DNA of 63,950 bases, counting the filler, from Guillardia theta CCMP2712 (lineage: Eukaryota; Protista; Cryptophyta), in assembly GCF_000315625.1 (NCBI RefSeq). It is 3 parts of 3 records of this genome, joined end to end, with 100 filler letters (N's around TTAATTAATTAA, not from the genome) between each part and the next. Parts side by side here need not be neighbours in the genome. Positions count along the whole stretch, not along the records: positions 32,578 to 63,950 come from NW_005434388.1; 2 more parts are not named here. The stretch is one strand, 5' to 3'. Positions 59,400 through 63,950 of this stretch are shown one piece after another; position 1 is the stretch's first letter, and the number at the start of each line of letters is the position of its first letter. A model generated the notes under the pieces. It saw only the letters and a list, made by a program, of their open reading frames with translations, was not told the DNA's origin and did not search any database. The position numbers were made by a program, and so were the translations under genes.

Positions 59400-61210
59400 A
59401 GCGGCTGGCATCGGTCTGGCAGGAAGCAGGCCGCCGGACTCAAAGGCAAGGCCGCCGGACTCAAAAGCAGGGTTTAGGGTTTAGGAGCCGGCCCTTAGTA
59501 AGAGCTGCGAGCAAGAGGTTTGTATCGTTCAAAAAGCATTCTAAGCATGGTACTACAGTATGATGAGAGAAGGTGAAGAACTTCACCAAGCGTTATCCGA
59601 ATAGTCGGACAGCTTATGCTTGCAGAGCTGAGGGGGGATGCACTCCCGACGCTATCGCTGAAGCCATCCGCTCGACATGTCGGCAGGCGAGACGCGACCT
59701 GTTTGAAGACTCTCTGAGCGAATGGAGCTCAGAGTCGAGAGCATGGTTTATTCAACAGATGGAGGAGGCCAAGAAGCAGAATGTCGAGACATACATCGGC
59801 ACCGAAGGCACCGAGGGGACCTCCTTCATCTCCATGACTCTCCTAGGGATTTCCTCGACTCGATGATGTATGTTCGACAAGAAGACAAGTTGAAATCGAA
59901 GCTTATGGAGCTGGGTCTCATGGTAGACTCAGTCGCACCTTACAGACCTGAGATAGCACGAGCACTGTCGGACGACATCTCAGTCACCGTCTCCTTCCTT
60001 CGGAATGAAGCAGCCATGGAGCTATGGGTCGGAAGGCAGGAGAGAATACTGCATAGACGGCAGACCGTTTCGAGCCACAGAGGTGAGCATTGCACATGAC
60101 CGGTCCTTCAAGCTTCGAGCCAAGCGAGGACCTTGGGGCAAGGGAGGGAGCCTTGCCGAGCTATCGCAGCGCTTAGCTCTTGGAGGAATGTCGACGGCCG
60201 AGATCGCTCAGATCTATCGATTTCAGCTGCTCTCGCAATCTCTTGCAGCCGCAGAGGTACAACCGCTTGCAGGCATGCTCGTGCAGAGTCCTGGGCAGAG
60301 AGGTCGCAAGGGGCCGAGCCCGAAGACGTATGTTGCTGTTGGAGCAAGCACTGGAGCTTTGCAGCTGCGAGAAGTGGAATGGGTACTAACATGCCCGACG
60401 TTGACCAGCTGCGAGCAGACCTTGGTCTCGTTCAGAGAGAGCGAGGCGATGGAGGGGGTGCATCTCACTCTCATCAGCGACGACGCCAAGCTCAGAGAGA
60501 CGTTTGCAGTCGAGCTCACAGCAGACACCTTCGTTCCTAGGGGAAAGATCGCCAAGCAGAGGAAGGTACTTCGCGACAGGGACCAAGCTAGGCACAGCAG
60601 CTTTAGAGTACAGATCAAGTCGAGGTCAAGCATGAGCACAGGCCGCTTCTCGAGGAAAGAGATGGAAGCGCTGTGCGGAGGAGGTAACACATCGATCACG
60701 AGAGTCAAGCGAGCCATATTGGAGTTAGCAAGAAGAATAAATCTCAAGCTGGTCAGCGTCGAGGTCCGAGGAGGATCGTGACACGCTCAGCTGGAATGGG
60801 AGCCTGATAGCTCTCTCCCTGGCGACCAAGGCAGAGACTCGACGCTTGATGGACGACCGACATGCCCTTTTACTTGGAAGGGATCCTGGAAGTCAAGCTG
60901 GAAGCTGTGGGTTTTAAGCTCAACCCTCAGCATGAGGAGGAGAGGAGCCCGAGCAGCGAGGAGCAAGCCCAAGAGCCCCAAGGGCACTGAGCAGCAAGGC
61001 GCTAGATGGCTGGAGCTCAGCGACATCGACAGGATCACCATGGAAGCAGCGTCACAAGAGTGTTGGCAACCTGCATGACACCTTCTGCTCGCCGGGCAAC
61101 GTGGAGTTCATGACGCTCGGAGCTTGGGCGGCCACGCTGACGCTGGGAACGAAGCGAAACATGTTGAAGGAAAAGCTCAGAGCATACCTCGGCGAGCAGC
61201 GCTGGACACG
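59400..61210 (+). mobile_element. Telomere-associated element, copy 1 (diverged, frameshifted, with internal deletions)
   Basis: ORFs 59573-59866, 59722-60099 and 60005-60781 are homologous to 61425-62417; the head has a 21-bp direct repeat followed by GGGTTTAGGGTTTAGG (59470-59485). Confidence 0.75.
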
Positions 61211-61239
61211 GGTTTACGGTTTTGGGTTTAGGGTTTAGG
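61210..61239 (+). repeat. Interstitial telomeric tract (degenerate, then perfect TTTAGGG)
   Basis: GGGTTTACGGTTTTGGGTTTAGGGTTTAGG. Confidence 0.85.
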
Positions 61240-62522
61240 CCGTTATTTTCGGCAGAAGGCCGTTATTGTCGGCAGCATGGCTCCTTGCCTGGTTTAGGGT
61301 TTAGGGTTTAGGATTTAGGGTTTAGGGTTTAGGGTTTAGGGTTTAGGGTTATTTCAGGCACCATGGCTGCACGCGTGGTGTAGGGGAAGCTGCCAGGGCG
61401 CCAAGGAAGCTGCAAGCGAGAGGTTTGTATACTTCAAATAGCTTTCTAAGTATGGTTCTTCAGTATGATGAAAATGTTCGCAACCTGCTGTATCGGAGAT
61501 CATGCCAATACACGCAGAGCGGACTTGTGGATGCCTCTGTCCTCGAAGCTGATCTCGTCGAGAGGGTGAAGAGCTTCGCGAAGCGTTATCCGAACAGCAG
61601 GACAGCCCAGGCTTGCAAGGCTGTGGAGGGATGCACCCCCGACGCTATCGCAGAAGCCATCCGCTCGACATGTCAGCAGGCACGACGTGAGCTTCTGCAA
61701 GAAGCGATGGCTGGATGGAGTGACGCATCCAGAGAGTGGTTTATGCAGCAGATTGAAGAAGCCAAGAAGGAGAAGGTCGAGACATACACCGCCTCAGCAG
61801 GCAACGAGGTGACTTCCTTCATCTCCATGACTCTCCTGGGCATCTCCTCGGTGTATGTCAACCATGAGGAGAAGTTGAAGAAGAAATTTGAAGAGATCGG
61901 ACTGATCGTAGACTCAGTGCAAGAGAGTAAAGCAATCATGTGGAAGGCTCCGTATAGACCCGAGATAGCGAGTGCTGAGGAGATCCCGGTGACTGTTTCC
62001 TTCCTCCGCAATGCACAAGCGGAGAAGCTCTGGCAGGGAAGAGAGGACTTCGCGATCGATGGTCGCAAGTTCACAGCTGTACATGTGAGCATCGTGCACG
62101 ATCGATCTTTCAAGATTCGAGCCAAGAGAGGACCCTGGGGCAAAGGGGGCAGCTTGGCAGAGCTGACTCACCTGCTAACCTTGGGCGGCATGACAACGGC
62201 TGAGATAGCTGCCGTCTATCGCTATCAGCTGCTGCGCCAGTCCCTTGCAGCGGTCCAACTCCAGCCGCTGGCAGGCATGCTGGTCGCTGGGGCGCCAGGC
62301 CAGCAAGTCCACAAAGGCTTAGGTCAGAAAGGCTTCATCGCTGTAGGGGCCAACGTCATCTGGAGACAGAGGGAGGTGGAGTGGATCGTCTATTCCGAGC
62401 TGCCCAGAGGCAAATGATACAGCATTTCGAGCTTTCCGAGAGAGCGAAGCGATGGAGGGAGTACACCTGACTCTGTTCAGCGAGGACCCGAAGATCAGAG
62501 AGGCGCTCGCAGTCGAGTTGAC
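61240..62522 (+). mobile_element. Telomere-associated element, copy 2, with an internal (TTTAGGG)~8 tract at 61291-61350; truncated at 62522
   Basis: Head CCGTTATTTTCGGCA is identical to the copy 3 head; sequence matches copy 3 up to GTCGAGTTGAC and then switches to TTTAGGG. Confidence 0.85.
61452..62522 (+). CDS. Unknown ORF of the telomeric element, possibly RRM/ORF1-like; frameshift near 62395 and truncated
   Basis: The ATG (MVLQYDE) is conserved in copy 1; ISMTLLGI..EEKLKKKFEEIG..VTVSF..AEKL..IDGRKFTAV resembles an RRM beta-alpha-beta-beta-alpha-beta pattern. Confidence 0.55.
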
Positions 62523-62739
62523 TTTAGGGTTNNNNNNNNNNNNNNNNNNNNNNNNNNNNNNNNNNNNNNNNNNNNNNNNNNNNNNNNNNNNNNNNNNNNN
62601 NNNNNNNNNNNNNNNNNNNNNNNNNNNNNNNTTTAGGGTTTAGGGTTTAGGGTTAGGGTTTAGGGTTTAGGGTTTAGGACTTTAGGGTTTTAGGGTTTTA
62701 GGGTTTTAGGGTTTAGGGTTTAGGGTTTAGGGTTTAGGG
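62523..62739 (+). repeat. Telomeric (TTTAGGG)n tract, partly in a gap
   Basis: Seen directly, with TTAGGG and TTTTAGGG variants. Confidence 0.95.
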
Positions 62740-63950
62740 CCGTTATTTTCGGCANNNNNNNNNNNNNNNNNNNNNNNNNNNNNNNNNNNNNNNNNNNNNN
62801 NNNNNNNNNNNNNNNNNNNNNNNNNNNNNNNNNNNNNNNNNNNNNNNNNNNNNNNNNNNNNNNNNNNNNNNNNNNNNNNNNNNNNNNNNNNNNNNNNNNN
62901 NNNNNNNNNNNNNNNNNNNNNNNNNNNNNNNNNNNNNNNNNNNNNNNNNNNNNNNNNNNNNNNNNNNNNNNNNNNNNNNNNNNNNNNNNNNNNNNNNNNN
63001 NNNNNNNNNNNNNNNNNNNNNNNNNNNNNNNNNNNNNNNNNNNNNNNNNNNNNNNNNNNNNNNNNNNNNNNNNNNNNNNNNNNNNNNNNNNNNNNNNNNN
63101 NGACTGGATGGAGTGACGCATCCAGAGAGTGGTTTATGCAGCAGATTGAAGAAGCCAAGAAGGAGAAAGGTCGAGACATACACCGCTCAGCAGGCAACGA
63201 GGTGACTTCGTTCATCTCCATGACTCTCCTGGGCATCTCCTCGGTGTATGTCAACCATGAGGAGAAGTTGAAGAAGAAATTTGAAGAGATCGGACTGATC
63301 GTAGACTCAGTGCAAGAGAGTAAAGCAATCATGTGGAAGGCTCCGTATAGACCCGAGATAGCGAGTGCTGAGGAGATCCCGGTGACTGTTTCCTTCCTCC
63401 GCAATGCACAAGCGGAGAAGCTCTGGCAGGGAAGAGAGGACTTCGCGATCGATGGTCGCAAGTTCACAGCTGTACATGTGAGCATCGTGCACGATCGATC
63501 TTTCAAGATTCGAGCCAAGAGAGGACCCCGGGGCAAAGGGGGCAGCTTGGCAGAGCTGACTCACCTGCTAACCTTGGGCGGCATGACAACGGCTGAGATA
63601 GCTGCCGTCTATCGCTATCAGCTGCTGCGCCAGTCCCTTGCAGCGGTCCAACTCCAGCCGCTGGCAGGCATGCTGGTCGCTGGGGCGCCAGGACAGCAAG
63701 TCCACAAAGGCTTAGGTCAGAAAGGCTTCATCGCTGTAGGGGCCAACGTCATCTGGAGACAGAGGGAGGTGGAGTGGATCGTCTCCTCGAGCTGCCCAGA
63801 GGCGAATGATACAGCATTTCGAGCTTTCCGAGAGAGCGAAGCGATGGAGGGAGTACACCTGACTCTGTTCAGCGAGGACCCGAAGATCAGAGAGGCGCTC
63901 GCAGTCGAGTTGACAGCTGATCGCTTTGTGTCCAGAAATAAGTGAAGAAG
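62740..63950 (+). mobile_element. Telomere-associated element, copy 3 (nearly identical to copy 2, runs off the window)
   Basis: Same head directly after telomeric repeats; ORF 63136-63945. Confidence 0.85.

Noticed and set aside
63160-63190. Frameshifts in telomeric element copies 2 and 3 as programmed frameshifting
   Set aside because: They differ between near-identical copies and lie near gaps; more likely sequencing errors or decay

Overview
Eukaryotic nuclear scaffold: GC-rich, with many ~50-nt GT-AG introns, microsatellites, N gaps and TTAATTAATTAA linkers. TTTAGGG repeats, an epiplastin/articulin-like gene, RWP-RK genes and a bipartite plastid-targeting leader suggest a cryptophyte such as Guillardia theta (inference). 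Left end (1-6760): a cluster of 5'-truncated and scrambled copies of a CRE/Zepp-like non-LTR retrotransposon with a restriction-like endonuclease. Middle: genes for YJU2/CCDC94, an epiplastin-PDZ protein, a PX-BAR sorting nexin, MscS, an intronless GT25-GT2 fusion, RWP-RK plus a deleted duplicate, EMC3, DUF2237, an RGLG/copine-type vWA protein, eIF3f, a NodU/CmcH carbamoyltransferase and several hypothetical proteins. The best candidate for a new system is a ~1240-aa gene at 54234-58125. It has a 6TM-catalytic-6TM-catalytic layout like mammalian adenylyl cyclases, but its catalytic modules are RelA/SpoT (alarmone synthetase)-like. Right end (59390-63950): a subtelomeric tandem array of an unknown element with an RRM/ORF1-like ORF. 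The two younger copies start at the same point after TTTAGGG repeats, and the two proximal copies are cut at different distal points and capped by new telomere repeats. All gene models were read by eye, so exon limits are approximate.
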